Origin: a virus
Taxonomy: Duplodnaviria; Heunggongvirae; Uroviricota; Caudoviricetes
IMG/VR virus record: IMGVR_UViG_2541047801_000004
Coordinates: 1-41,611 of that record
Direction: 5' to 3' (one strand)
DNA: 41,611 bases
Shown one piece after another: positions 28,137 through 36,543 of the stretch; within the stretch, counting starts at the first letter, position 1, and every line of letters begins with the position of its first letter. The translations under genes and the position numbers were made by a program. The notes under the pieces are model-generated. The model saw nothing but the letters and a program-made list of their open reading frames with translations, was not told where the DNA came from and did not search any database.

Positions 28137-29612
28137 TTAAGCATATGGATCGTAATCTGTGATGGCCTTGCCTTGCTGGTTCTGCTGCCCGGGAATTCGC
28201 AGACGCTTCGACACAGGGAACGCAAACGTCAGCAGTAGCGCATCGCCTTTACCAGGAGAACGCCCAAGCCGCTCCTTGATATCTTCCTTCGGTTCGATAA
28301 CGATTTTACCGTCCACTCGAACTTTGTACTCTGCCGCCGACAGGTCGTCCGCTGTTTCCTGGTCATCCAGCATGCCGCCCAGCCTCAGCCATGTCTTACA
28401 TGAGTTGAACATCTCCCCGCGCTTGTTGAGCATCTGAGGGTCAGTTGACGCACCACCGAACGGAACAAGTTGCCATGTACGACCCCAGCCATCACCGATT
28501 GACTTCAGACCGGTTCCGTAACCGAAGTCGATGAACACCGCGTCAGCATTGTACTGGTCTTCAAAGTCAGCGATACGCTTCGCCATAATCAGATCGTCGG
28601 TGGTCTTGTTACCAGTCCATAGCACCTTACTGTGCAGCCCCTGCCGCAGGTATATCACCGCGTCATCAACGCCTGAGTATGCCGGGTCAACGCCGATTAT
28701 CACCGGAGCATGTGCAACCTGCGCAGCGGTGACCACCCGTTTCATTGCCTCGTCAGTAAGTCCGGTAGGGATAAACTGCAATTCAGATGCATCCGGGAAT
28801 ATGCCGCGCACACGGATTTTAACGAAGTCGCTGTCTTCCCCGTAGTCATCAACCCATTTCTGCAACTGCTGTTTGTTAGTGCCTTCCACCGTCCGGCTGT
28901 CAATCTGCGCAGTTTTCCAGCGGTGTTTGTATTTGCGGAAACATTCGCGAAAACGCCCGGTATTACGTGTAGGGTTTCCGAACGCCACCCAGATAATCTC
29001 AGTGTCTTCGTCCGTAAGCGCACCCTCAGCAACTTCCCACACCAGATCCGCAATGTTCGACGCTTCATCGAATACCACGATGATGCGTTTTCGCTCGTTG
29101 TGTAGTCCGGCGAATGCCTCAGTGTTGTGCTCAGACCAGGGGATTGCGTCAGCTCGCCACCGCTTGTCGTGCCCAGGATCATTGCTGTACATCGCGGTAG
29201 CGGTACAGGTAAACCAGTCTTTCGTGATAGCAAGGTTCGACCACTTGATAATTTCCGGCCAGGTCTTCGTTCGTAGCTGGTTGTCGGTGTTGGCGGTCAC
29301 CACGACCTTACAATCCTCGCAAGTGGACATGCCCCAGTTGATCAACATTGAGATGTATGCTGATTTACCAATACCGTGACCCGAAGCACGTGCCAGCATA
29401 AGCGGCTGATAGCGCGTCTCGGGATTCTGCAGGTGATCACGTATCTCTCGGAACGCATCGGCCTGCCACTGACGTGGGCCGGTAGCATGTGCCAGTTCAG
29501 TCCCCTCTTCCCCCCACGGGAACGCATAGAGGGCATAGCCAAGCGGATCGTGAGTGAACCCTGCAATATCCTCGATCAACTGCTCTTCAGGAGATAACGC
29601 TGCATCTGTCAC
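28137..29612 (-). CDS. terminase large subunit
   Basis: 491 aa; ATPase-like N-terminal region (GHGIGKSAYIS) and nuclease-like C-terminal region; start overlaps the terS stop. Confidence 0.8.
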   Translation of the reverse strand: MTDAALSPEEQLIEDIAGFTHDPLGYALYAFPWGEEGTELAHATGPRQWQADAFREIRDHLQNPETRYQPLMLARASGHGIGKSAYISMLINWGMSTCEDCKVVVTANTDNQLRTKTWPEIIKWSNLAITKDWFTCTATAMYSNDPGHDKRWRADAIPWSEHNTEAFAGLHNERKRIIVVFDEASNIADLVWEVAEGALTDEDTEIIWVAFGNPTRNTGRFRECFRKYKHRWKTAQIDSRTVEGTNKQQLQKWVDDYGEDSDFVKIRVRGIFPDASELQFIPTGLTDEAMKRVVTAAQVAHAPVIIGVDPAYSGVDDAVIYLRQGLHSKVLWTGNKTTDDLIMAKRIADFEDQYNADAVFIDFGYGTGLKSIGDGWGRTWQLVPFGGASTDPQMLNKRGEMFNSCKTWLRLGGMLDDQETADDLSAAEYKVRVDGKIVIEPKEDIKERLGRSPGKGDALLLTFAFPVSKRLRIPGQQNQQGKAITDYDPYA

Positions 29613-30205
29613 TGATTGCCATCCTGACGTTCTTTGAGTCGCTTCCTGGCTGCTGCTATGCGATCAGCAATTGTCACATTCACATTAACATCCAGGCGTT
29701 CTTTGAATGCGTTGACGTCGACGTGCTTACCAATCAGTTCGAGGTTCTTCACCTTGTCAGGCCATTTAATTTTTTTGAGGATTGTCTCTATCGAATCCTC
29801 GTTCATGTTCATGATGGTCGATGACAGATCAAAGCCACTAAGCGTAGTGCGCCAGATTTTCGGCCACTCGCGGATTGGCTTAAGGCTCCCATCGTCGTTG
29901 AGGATATCGATCACGTCCATCTGGTCGATCTCCACCAGGCGCATGAGAACGTAATCAGCACTGACGCGCATTCGTTTGTTGCGCTCCTCCATCAACTCGG
30001 CAATCCGTTTTTGAATGCGTTCATCGCGCATCATGACACTGGCTTTAACTGCCGCTGTATTTGGGGAGAATCCTGCGTTAATCGCTGCCTGAGTCTGGTT
30101 TTCAGGCGTTTTGATGTATGACTGGCAATAAGCCTCCTGCATTGCGGTTAGTGGCTTAAATTGCGTTGATTTGCGTTTATAGGTTTTAGGTTCAGCAGGC
30201 ATCAT
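29609..30205 (-). CDS. terminase small subunit
   Basis: ATG-ATG at 30205/30202 with GGGTGG RBS; about 198 aa; directly upstream of terL. Confidence 0.65.
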   Translation of the reverse strand: MMPAEPKTYKRKSTQFKPLTAMQEAYCQSYIKTPENQTQAAINAGFSPNTAAVKASVMMRDERIQKRIAELMEERNKRMRVSADYVLMRLVEIDQMDVIDILNDDGSLKPIREWPKIWRTTLSGFDLSSTIMNMNEDSIETILKKIKWPDKVKNLELIGKHVDVNAFKERLDVNVNVTIADRIAAARKRLKERQDGNQ

Positions 30206-30221
30206 AACCACCCTGGTAATT

Positions 30222-30238
30222 GTTACCGTTGTGGTAAT
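30222..30238. promoter_or_regulatory. operator-like 17-bp dyad (GTTACC GTTGT GGTAAT) upstream of terS
   Basis: Family member 17-33 bp upstream of the terS start. Confidence 0.4.
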
Positions 30239-30249
30239 AGTACCATGCA

Positions 30250-30275
30250 AAATAAAGCCGCCATAGTTGGCGGCA
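30250..30275 (-). terminator. rho-independent terminator separating early-right genes from the late operon
   Basis: On the minus strand, stem GCCGCC/GGCGGC with loop AACTAT, followed by TTTATTTT. Confidence 0.5.
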
Positions 30276-30315
30276 GTATTCAAAACCCATCAAATTCATC
30301 ATGCATAATCTACTC

Positions 30316-30327
30316 GTGACATGTCAC
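30316..30327. repeat. 12-bp perfect palindrome GTGACATGTCAC (copy 3 of 3)
   Basis: Exact palindrome overlapping the stop codon of the 30324-30671 gene. Confidence 0.8.
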
Positions 30328-30671
30328 ACTATTAATTTAGTTTCATGCCAGCCTTTAGTCACCCAGCATTGCGAGTCACCATTACACGGGCATGAATTAA
30401 CGGGAACTTTCTCGCCGCACTTACCGCAACGTTTTCTGCTAATCGATTTTATACGCCCGCGCACGCGTGCATCATCCTGGCGGATCAGTAACGCTATATA
30501 CTCCCCAAATTCGTAAGGCGCACGCCCGGGGCGACGCGTGGCACAGTTACGCTCCAGCATTTCCTGCTCCTGCTTATCCAGCACCAGTTCAATTTTGCGC
30601 TCACCGGCGGCGGACTGCCGAGCGCGCTGCGCGGCTTTGCGTTCTGCGGGGGATTTAGCCACGAATCGCAC
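30324..30671 (-). CDS. hypothetical Cys-rich protein (possible regulator)
   Basis: GTG start; C-terminal CGKCG...CPCNG cysteine cluster; last gene before the late operon. Confidence 0.45.
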   Translation of the reverse strand: MRFVAKSPAERKAAQRARQSAAGERKIELVLDKQEQEMLERNCATRRPGRAPYEFGEYIALLIRQDDARVRGRIKSISRKRCGKCGEKVPVNSCPCNGDSQCWVTKGWHETKLIV

Positions 30672-30777
30672 TCCACGCCAGATTGATTAATGACTCCCAG
30701 GTAATATAAACCCGGATACCAGCAGCCAGGCCGAAACCAATCACCATGGCATAAAGCAGAGCGTTGCACTTGTTCAT
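30655..30777 (-). CDS. small hydrophobic peptide (40 aa)
   Basis: ATG 30777 overlaps the upstream stop (TGATG) with GGAGGTGA RBS; sequence MNKCNALLYAMVIGFGLAAGIRVYITWESLINLAWSAIRG; below the ORF-track size cutoff. Confidence 0.4.
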   Translation of the reverse strand: MNKCNALLYAMVIGFGLAAGIRVYITWESLINLAWSAIRG

Positions 30778-31424
30778 CACTTCACCTCCTGCGGCGGTTC
30801 TGGTAGAGGCATCCAGTGGGTTACACCGTCAATTGGTTCATCGTCGTCGTACTCCAATGCGGCTATATAGAACCCGTCACGACGAGAATAAGAAATCCCG
30901 GACGTTACAATGCCATCCGAAACAACAATAATGTCACCCGTTTCTTCCGGCATTCGCTCACTACAGCTTATCCAACCATCCGGAATTACCGGAGAGTTGG
31001 TTGACGTTTCCGAGATTTTCCGAAAATTATTGGTTGACGAATCCTTGTTTTCCCGAAAGCTTCCTGACTGAAGCATAGCTTCGCGGCAATCGTTCCATCC
31101 TTCAGCATAATCACTATACGCAAGAGGCCAACCTCTTATGTATTCACGCGGCAACTTATCAGGCACTACCAGCGCTGGCGGCGCTGCGTAAAGTGGTTTG
31201 GGTGATATTTCCGCGCGTTTTGCGTATGCTTCAACTGTGTCAGGATTAAACAGGATTATGTTTTCGCCGCATTCCCACGCTATCGGTTCCGCTTCCAGCG
31301 ATGCCAGCGCAATTCGTGCCAGTTCTTCCGCTTCTTCTGCTGGCAGTACAACGTTGCTACCAGGTCCGTATGTTTCGCGCCACTGCTTGATTGTCAGCAG
31401 TCGCTCTTTGGTAATAGTGGTCAT
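30777..31424 (-). CDS. phage protein with C-terminal DUF551-like domain
   Basis: 215 aa; C-terminal motif WISCSERMPEE...VTHWMPLPEPP. Confidence 0.55.
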   Translation of the reverse strand: MTTITKERLLTIKQWRETYGPGSNVVLPAEEAEELARIALASLEAEPIAWECGENIILFNPDTVEAYAKRAEISPKPLYAAPPALVVPDKLPREYIRGWPLAYSDYAEGWNDCREAMLQSGSFRENKDSSTNNFRKISETSTNSPVIPDGWISCSERMPEETGDIIVVSDGIVTSGISYSRRDGFYIAALEYDDDEPIDGVTHWMPLPEPPQEVK

Positions 31425-31936
31425 GCCGCGTTTCCTTCTTTCTTATTAACAATTACACCGTCATATATTTCATTAAGGTGCCCTCTCAACTCCATTCGCC
31501 TTAATGCAGATAACATGTAATCGCATTCAACCTGCTTATTTCCAGTAAATGGCTTATCGTCAGGATTACCCCAACAGCAATTACCCTTGGGCCACCCATG
31601 TACTTTCCGTACTCTTCCGTTAACAACGTGAAGTAATCCCCAGCCAGGTGGTAAATCCTCAATTGAAATAATTCCCGGCTCACTAATAAAGAATCGCCAG
31701 TCGCCCATTCCAAGAGACGGATTTTTACGAAAACGCTTTTTTCTATCTGCTAACAAGTCAGCACGAGAACACTTCGCCTCTATCAGGCATGATGCTGAAT
31801 TTCTGAATCCCATAGCATCTGGCTGTTCTCCGGTACTGGTTACAGCTATAAAGCGGTCATGAAAACAAACCTTGAACCCGTTGCGCTTAAGGAACTTGTA
31901 CGCAATCTGACAGAGTTCGCGGTGTGTTAACGCCAT
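31421..31936 (-). CDS. hypothetical protein, possible PD-(D/E)xK nuclease fold
   Basis: ATG 31936 one nt after the upstream stop; CLIEAKCSRADL resembles an E-x-K motif; weak. Confidence 0.4.
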   Translation of the reverse strand: MALTHRELCQIAYKFLKRNGFKVCFHDRFIAVTSTGEQPDAMGFRNSASCLIEAKCSRADLLADRKKRFRKNPSLGMGDWRFFISEPGIISIEDLPPGWGLLHVVNGRVRKVHGWPKGNCCWGNPDDKPFTGNKQVECDYMLSALRRMELRGHLNEIYDGVIVNKKEGNAA

Positions 31937-31937
31937 A

Positions 31938-32474
31938 TCACTCTCCTTTGATGCGAATGCCATCGACGCGTGGCACATTAACTTCCACGATGCGCACAGT
32001 TGGTTTGTACATCTCAATCGCAGTCAGCCAGTCAGCTCCTGTCATGCGCTTTTCCGCATCGCCATTAGTCCACTGAACCGGTACACCAATAGCCTTCATC
32101 GCAATTTCTATTTCCCCGGCAATGGCGCTTTTTCCGCAACCAGTAAAACCAGATACAACGACAAGAACTTCACCTTTGGCTGGTTTTATTTCCCGCGCTT
32201 CCAGCTCCTTAACGCGTTCCTCCAGTTCGTAGACTCTGCATTGCTCTTTATCATCAATCAGATATAACCCAAGACATTCGCTTTCTACCCAACCGCCGAA
32301 ATCATGATCGTAACGCTCACATGAAAACTCACTGTCACCGTCCTTTGTTGGAATGGTGTAACTGTCTAATGGGCCACCGTACGTCGGTACATTTCCCAAT
32401 TCCGGATGCTCAATCCACATGAAAAATGCACGTCCGGTTATAGGGCAAATATCTGGTCGCCATTGGTTACTCAC
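31938..32474 (-). CDS. hypothetical protein with Walker A-like motif
   Basis: 178 aa; SGFTGCGKS matches GxxxxGKS. Confidence 0.45.
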   Translation of the reverse strand: MSNQWRPDICPITGRAFFMWIEHPELGNVPTYGGPLDSYTIPTKDGDSEFSCERYDHDFGGWVESECLGLYLIDDKEQCRVYELEERVKELEAREIKPAKGEVLVVVSGFTGCGKSAIAGEIEIAMKAIGVPVQWTNGDAEKRMTGADWLTAIEMYKPTVRIVEVNVPRVDGIRIKGE

Positions 32475-33010
32475 TGATTGCCTCCTTTGCGAAGCTGGGC
32501 GGCGAACTCGTCACATATGTGCGTCAAAGAGCAAAGTTTGATTGATGGATGTTCGCGCATCATCTCTACCCCCTGCGCCCGTACTTCAGCCAGAAAAGCA
32601 TCGGTGGCTGGGGTGTCTGATTGCAGAGACTTTGCGCGATAGTCATTCCACCCTCTTGCATACATGGGATTAACTTGCACTCCATCTTTTACGCAATATG
32701 CCTGACCTCCACGGTTGATAACCTTGATTTCGTCCATAGCGCCATACTTCAGCCCCGCATTCTCCGCCGCCAACGCCGAAAACTTCTCGTGTGCCAACTT
32801 AACAGCCGCATCAGCCTGCTTAATTGACTCAATCGCTTTCTGCTGGTCTTCGGCCAGCGCATTAGCACGCACCAGTTGCACTTCCAGTTGCGTTGCCAAA
32901 TCGCTGATCAGCTTTGCCACACTGCGCATATCAACGGCACCACATTCTGCTTTCAGTTCCGAAGCCATCTCATGCCCGGCGGCAACTAACCCTTTGATAT
33001 TACTTTCCAT
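32471..33010 (-). CDS. hypothetical protein
   Basis: 179-aa ORF in the nin-like region. Confidence 0.5.
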   Translation of the reverse strand: MESNIKGLVAAGHEMASELKAECGAVDMRSVAKLISDLATQLEVQLVRANALAEDQQKAIESIKQADAAVKLAHEKFSALAAENAGLKYGAMDEIKVINRGGQAYCVKDGVQVNPMYARGWNDYRAKSLQSDTPATDAFLAEVRAQGVEMMREHPSIKLCSLTHICDEFAAQLRKGGNQ

Positions 33011-33071
33011 CTTTACCCTCGCTTATCCACATAACTTATTGATTACATTGATAACTAAAAAGATCGTCGAT

Positions 33072-33419
33072 TCAGAACTCTTCGATGTTCCAGCCGCCAC
33101 CTGCTTTCTTTGGTTTAACCGTTACCCCGATGATTCGGAACGGATACTGATCTGCGGCTACTTTGGTTTTCACCCTGGCGTCGTCGGTCCAGAATCCCCC
33201 TTTCACTTCGTGCAGTTCCATCTCTCCGGTGGCGAGCATCACTGCGAAATCTGGCGTATAGAACGTGTTGTCAGCTAACCGCAGCTTGATACCCTCGAAT
33301 CGATACCAGGCGATTTCCCCTGCACGTTTACGCTGCTCAAGGTGCTGGCAATACGCAGATTCTGTTTTGTTCATCTGGCCTGTTTTGAGTCGACCAAGAG
33401 CCTGTATCTGTTTTCTCAT
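33072..33419 (-). CDS. DUF1064-like phage protein
   Basis: 115 aa; pattern GEI...E...L...YTPDF.V...E.KG typical of this family (from memory). Confidence 0.45.
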   Translation of the reverse strand: MRKQIQALGRLKTGQMNKTESAYCQHLEQRKRAGEIAWYRFEGIKLRLADNTFYTPDFAVMLATGEMELHEVKGGFWTDDARVKTKVAADQYPFRIIGVTVKPKKAGGGWNIEEF

Positions 33420-33421
33420 GA

Positions 33422-33438
33422 TTTACCCATAAGGTAAT
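33422..33438. promoter_or_regulatory. operator-like 17-bp dyad (TTTACC CATAA GGTAAT)
   Basis: Family member between P and the DUF1064-like gene. Confidence 0.4.
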
Positions 33439-33483
33439 TAAAAACCACATAAGACACAAAATCAATAGAGTTAAGAATATTTT

Positions 33484-33500
33484 GTTACCTATAAGGTAAT
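33484..33500. promoter_or_regulatory. operator-like 17-bp dyad (GTTACC TATAA GGTAAT)
   Basis: Family member 45 bp from the previous site. Confidence 0.4.
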
Positions 33501-33536
33501 TATTGAGGCGTAAAAAAATGCGCTATCGCGCTGGTA

Positions 33537-34337
33537 TTACTTGATAAATCCTGCCGACTTTCCTCGCCTGTATTCCTCCATCAGCCACTGCGCCGGTGTT
33601 ATTCCCCCCAGGGTGGCGGCGTTAGGCATGCACCCGAAACTTCGCCCTGGTGGATGGTAAACGTCTCTCCCTGTGTCCGGAGGCGTACTCATGGGTTCTG
33701 GCTTTGCCTGTATGCTGATCACCGGATCCGGTATCTGCTGTCCGGAAGCCACCTTTTTCGCCCAATCATCGAGCAGCCTGCGCGCGTGTTTCTCAACCTC
33801 AATCTCGCTAAGCTGGCGCTGATACATTGCACGGCGGGTATCACATACGACCCAGTACATAACCGGATGTCGCCACGGGAATCTTTCGGGACCACCAGGA
33901 TATAAACTTTTTTCCTTGCTGTACCGGTGAAACTCCGCCATCACATCGTCAATGGTGACGCCAAGAACCATCTTACTGTCTTTACACCACTTGATGAATT
34001 GCCCTGGCGACGGCCAGAACGGAGATTCACTGGCGCGGGCGTGGCGCATACCAGCAGAAACCTGTTCACGGGTTCGGATCCCCCCTTCGGCAAACGCAGC
34101 AATCCACTGCTGTTTTGCAGCGACTTCCTGCTCTGGCGTCTTCAGGTTGGTTACCACTGCCGCCGGAAACAGTTGTTTCAGCTGTTTGAAAAGGGCATCA
34201 ACAAGCCTCTCTGCTGACATGTTCACCACATTGTCATTGTTGACGTACTGATGCTCATAACCTGACATGCGAGAAAGGGCTTCTCCGTCACGGTTTTGTA
34301 TTGCGGTAAAAACGTTGTTCACAAGAAATCCTCCCAT
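33537..34337 (-). CDS. replication protein P-like (DnaB helicase loader)
   Basis: Clear similarity to lambda P as recalled (QWIAAFAEGGIRTREQVSAGMRHARASESPFWPSPGQFIKWC; FPWRHPVMYWVV); start may be 34337 or 34268. Confidence 0.75.
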   Translation of the reverse strand: MGGFLVNNVFTAIQNRDGEALSRMSGYEHQYVNNDNVVNMSAERLVDALFKQLKQLFPAAVVTNLKTPEQEVAAKQQWIAAFAEGGIRTREQVSAGMRHARASESPFWPSPGQFIKWCKDSKMVLGVTIDDVMAEFHRYSKEKSLYPGGPERFPWRHPVMYWVVCDTRRAMYQRQLSEIEVEKHARRLLDDWAKKVASGQQIPDPVISIQAKPEPMSTPPDTGRDVYHPPGRSFGCMPNAATLGGITPAQWLMEEYRRGKSAGFIK

Positions 34338-35116
34338 GCTTCAGGGCTGTTCCAGTGCGGAACGTTGTTATCAGGTAATGTTGATTGCTTCTGTCTGCTA
34401 ATCTGCAGCCGCCTTGCCAGCTTTTGCTCCCACTGTGCCTGATGGTATGCCTTACCCTCAGCCATCCAGTAAATTCTGAACTCTGCAAGTTCCTGTGCCG
34501 TTGGCAGACTGTCCAGGTAGATCCCCTGCAATGAGCTTTTCCGAAGAAAGTCATCTGATGGCTGCCATTGTTCATGCATGACAAATTTGCCTAATTGCCC
34601 TGGCCCACCAGGAGGAACAAAGTTATTCATCACGGCGTTGTTTGCGCCGGGGTCATGAGGCACAGAATCCCCGGTTTTTGTCCTGCTCTCCCTCTCTTGG
34701 TTAAATGACTGGTTATATGACTGGTTCTGGATCCCGTTTTTGGGATCATTCAACATCCCGTTTTTGGGATCATTCAACATCCCGTTTTTGGGTATATTCC
34801 CGTTTTCGGGTTCATTACACCCTTCTAGGTTGCCTTTAATGTTCCCTTTTTTGGTTATATTAAGAGAGAAAACCCGCACTCTTTTCGTCGCTCCCTTTCT
34901 CTCTCCGGTATCTGAAATAAGCCCCATTTTCATGAGCGATATAAGCCCGGCCTGTACGGTTTTTTTATTCAGGCAAGTGTCTTTAACGAGGCGTTCTATG
35001 CTTGGGTAGCAGAGGTTATATTCATCGGCTCTGTCAGCCATCGAGAGCAGTATGAGCTTTAATGACGAGCTACCTGGATCTGTCTCCCAGGCCCAATCTG
35101 TTGCATGTCTGCTCAT
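34319..35116 (-). CDS. replication initiator O-like protein
   Basis: N-terminal HTH-like DNA-binding region; internal repeats NGMLNDPKNGMLNDPKNG coded by the iteron DNA; upstream of P. Confidence 0.65.
   Translation of the reverse strand: MSRHATDWAWETDPGSSSLKLILLSMADRADEYNLCYPSIERLVKDTCLNKKTVQAGLISLMKMGLISDTGERKGATKRVRVFSLNITKKGNIKGNLEGCNEPENGNIPKNGMLNDPKNGMLNDPKNGIQNQSYNQSFNQERESRTKTGDSVPHDPGANNAVMNNFVPPGGPGQLGKFVMHEQWQPSDDFLRKSSLQGIYLDSLPTAQELAEFRIYWMAEGKAYHQAQWEQKLARRLQISRQKQSTLPDNNVPHWNSPEAWEDFL
34731..34820. repeat. replication-origin iterons (about four copies of a 24-bp unit) inside the O gene
   Basis: ATCCCGTTTTTGGGATCATTCAAC is repeated twice exactly and then as degenerate copies; each unit carries an internal dyad (ATCCC...GGGAT); an AT-rich stretch lies nearby. 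Confidence 0.65.
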
Positions 35117-35131
35117 GATTAATCTCCGCTA

Positions 35132-35332
35132 TCAGCTTGAATGTTGTGGGGAGGAATTAATCATGATCTGCTTAATCTCTGCCCTGATGCGACGGTTTGA
35201 TTCCATGGTGCACTCAACACAGTGTCCGTTGTAAACCCAGCGTTCACTGTCATGTCCGTGCTTACATGGTTTTCCGGTGTAGTAGCGTTTAAGTCCGCGC
35301 TTTGCGGCATCAATACGTGTAATGATTTCCAT
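35132..35332 (-). CDS. small zinc-ribbon protein in the cII position
   Basis: ATG 35332; 66 aa with CKHGH...CVEC; lies between cro-like and O. Confidence 0.45.
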   Translation of the reverse strand: MEIITRIDAAKRGLKRYYTGKPCKHGHDSERWVYNGHCVECTMESNRRIRAEIKQIMINSSPQHSS

Positions 35333-35411
35333 GGTAAGCCCTGTTATTAGTATTGGGATTACGGTTATTTTGTGCTGACACAAAAAAAAGATCAACCAGA
35401 TTTGGTTTTTT

Positions 35412-35428
35412 ATTACCTTTTAGGTGCG
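35412..35428. promoter_or_regulatory. operator-like 17-bp dyad (ATTACC TTTTA GGTGCG), weak right half
   Basis: Family member between the cro-like and zinc-ribbon genes. Confidence 0.3.
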
Positions 35429-35482
35429 AATAGATATGAAAAGACCGCCGGATGGCGGTCTACAGAGGGTTGTGGCTGGATA

Positions 35483-35713
35483 TCATGAGTAGAAGAAGTA
35501 TGCCAGTTCTGCTTTTGAGCGCAGCCATTGTCTTGTTTTACAGGCTTTAAAAAGCCCATTCATCAATACCTTACCTGGCATTTTGCGCTTACCTGTTAAG
35601 TGAGTCTGGATATAGTGACTCGTCGTTCCGGCTTCCTGTGCGAAGGCTTCACGCTCATCCGGAGTAAGTGCAAGCCAGTGCTTTTTGAAATCGAAATGTC
35701 CGTTATCGCTCAT
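35483..35713 (-). CDS. Cro/CII-like HTH regulator
   Basis: 76 aa; HTH-like segment LTPDEREAFAQEAGTTSHYIQTHLTG; divergent from the repressor across the operator cluster. Confidence 0.55.
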   Translation of the reverse strand: MSDNGHFDFKKHWLALTPDEREAFAQEAGTTSHYIQTHLTGKRKMPGKVLMNGLFKACKTRQWLRSKAELAYFFYS

Positions 35714-35748
35714 AGCTATTGCCTGATATTTATTTCAGATAATAAATA

Positions 35749-35765
35749 TTCACCCATAAGGTAAC
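35749..35765. promoter_or_regulatory. operator-like 17-bp dyad (TTCACC CATAA GGTAAC), immunity region site A
   Basis: One of three sites between the divergent cro-like and repressor genes. Confidence 0.45.
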
Positions 35766-35779
35766 AAAAATCAAGGATA

Positions 35780-35796
35780 GTTACCTATGGGGTGCA
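35780..35796. promoter_or_regulatory. operator-like 17-bp dyad (GTTACC TATGG GGTGCA), immunity region site B
   Basis: Directly abuts site C. Confidence 0.4.
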
Positions 35797-35813
35797 TTTA
35801 CCTGTTGGGTAAT
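35797..35813. promoter_or_regulatory. operator-like 17-bp dyad (TTTACC TGTTG GGTAAT), immunity region site C
   Basis: Closest of the three to the repressor start. Confidence 0.45.
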
Positions 35814-35867
35814 ATTGCTTTAAATTGAATCATCTACTGATTCATATATGAGGCGATTTTCCAGAAA

Positions 35868-36452
35868 ATGAAAAGTATCCAGGACGTCCGCAGGCAAAAT
35901 CTCAACGACTTGATCGACCGTGAATTCAATGGTGTTCAGACGCGGATGGCAGAAAAACTTGGAACTCAGGCAAATCTGGTAAACCGCTGGGCTCTTGGCA
36001 AGAAGGTTATCGGCGACCAGGTTGCGCGAAAAATTGAAGCTGCCGCCAATAAACCCCGTAACTGGCTTGATATCGATCGCTCGCTTTCTCAGGAAGGTTT
36101 TCAGCCTGTCGGCCCAAGCGACATTGGTCAGCTGGCAGCTCACAACCTGGAACGCTGGATGAGTGAAAGCCGCGACCTTTCAACTCAGGGAAAACTTCAC
36201 CGCGCATCCGGCGTCGCCCAGGTGACAATAAGCCGCCTGTTAAACAATGAGGTCAGCGTTTCCATTTCCACCCTGGAGAATGTTGCATCTGCATTCGGGC
36301 GTCACGGATATGAACTACTGATTCATCCACATGACCCTGCAACTATCAACTATGACCGCTCGCGCTACGCATTGTTACCTGAAACAGAGAAGGCAAAGAT
36401 CGAAAGTTACATTGAATTTGTCATCAACCAGAACGAAAAAAACAAACAATAA
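35868..36452 (+). CDS. prophage repressor, dual HTH (XRE-like), no peptidase S24 autocleavage domain
   Basis: 194 aa; two HTH-like segments (GVQTRMAEKLGTQANLVNRWALG and ASGVAQVTISRLLNNEVSVSISTL); divergent from cro-like gene; weak RBS; no Ala-Gly/Ser-Lys LexA-like cleavage module. Confidence 0.6.
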   Translation: MKSIQDVRRQNLNDLIDREFNGVQTRMAEKLGTQANLVNRWALGKKVIGDQVARKIEAAANKPRNWLDIDRSLSQEGFQPVGPSDIGQLAAHNLERWMSESRDLSTQGKLHRASGVAQVTISRLLNNEVSVSISTLENVASAFGRHGYELLIHPHDPATINYDRSRYALLPETEKAKIESYIEFVINQNEKNKQ

Positions 36453-36474
36453 AATCATATTTTTCAGTAAGTAA

Positions 36475-36496
36475 GCCGCCTTATGGCGGCTTTTTT
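36475..36496 (+). terminator. rho-independent terminator of the repressor gene
   Basis: Stem GCCGCC/GGCGGC with loop TTAT, followed by TTTTTT. Confidence 0.6.
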
Positions 36497-36508
36497 ATTG
36501 CCTGTTCG

Positions 36509-36525
36509 ATTACCTAACGGGTAAT
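36509..36525. promoter_or_regulatory. operator-like 17-bp dyad (ATTACC TAACG GGTAAT)
   Basis: Upstream flank of the PL-like promoter. Confidence 0.45.
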
Positions 36526-36543
36526 TTTTTTAACTCATATCTA

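Noticed and set aside
5836-29379. Numerous 60-245-aa ORFs on the strand opposite to large structural genes (for example 5993-6286, 11927-12388, 14234-14671, 20775-21464, 25150-25887, 28873-29379)
   Set aside because: They are embedded antisense to well-supported long ORFs, lack RBS, and have skewed composition; these are frame shadows
30494-30769. 91-aa minus-strand ORF
   Set aside because: Implausible composition; the region is better explained by the coupled 40-aa ORF (30655-30777) and the GTG-initiated gene 30324-30671 in other frames
35400-35410. Hairpin TTTTGTG-CTGA-CACAAAA as a terminator between cro-like and zinc-ribbon genes
   Set aside because: On the transcribed minus strand the T-run precedes rather than follows the stem, so it does not fit an intrinsic terminator
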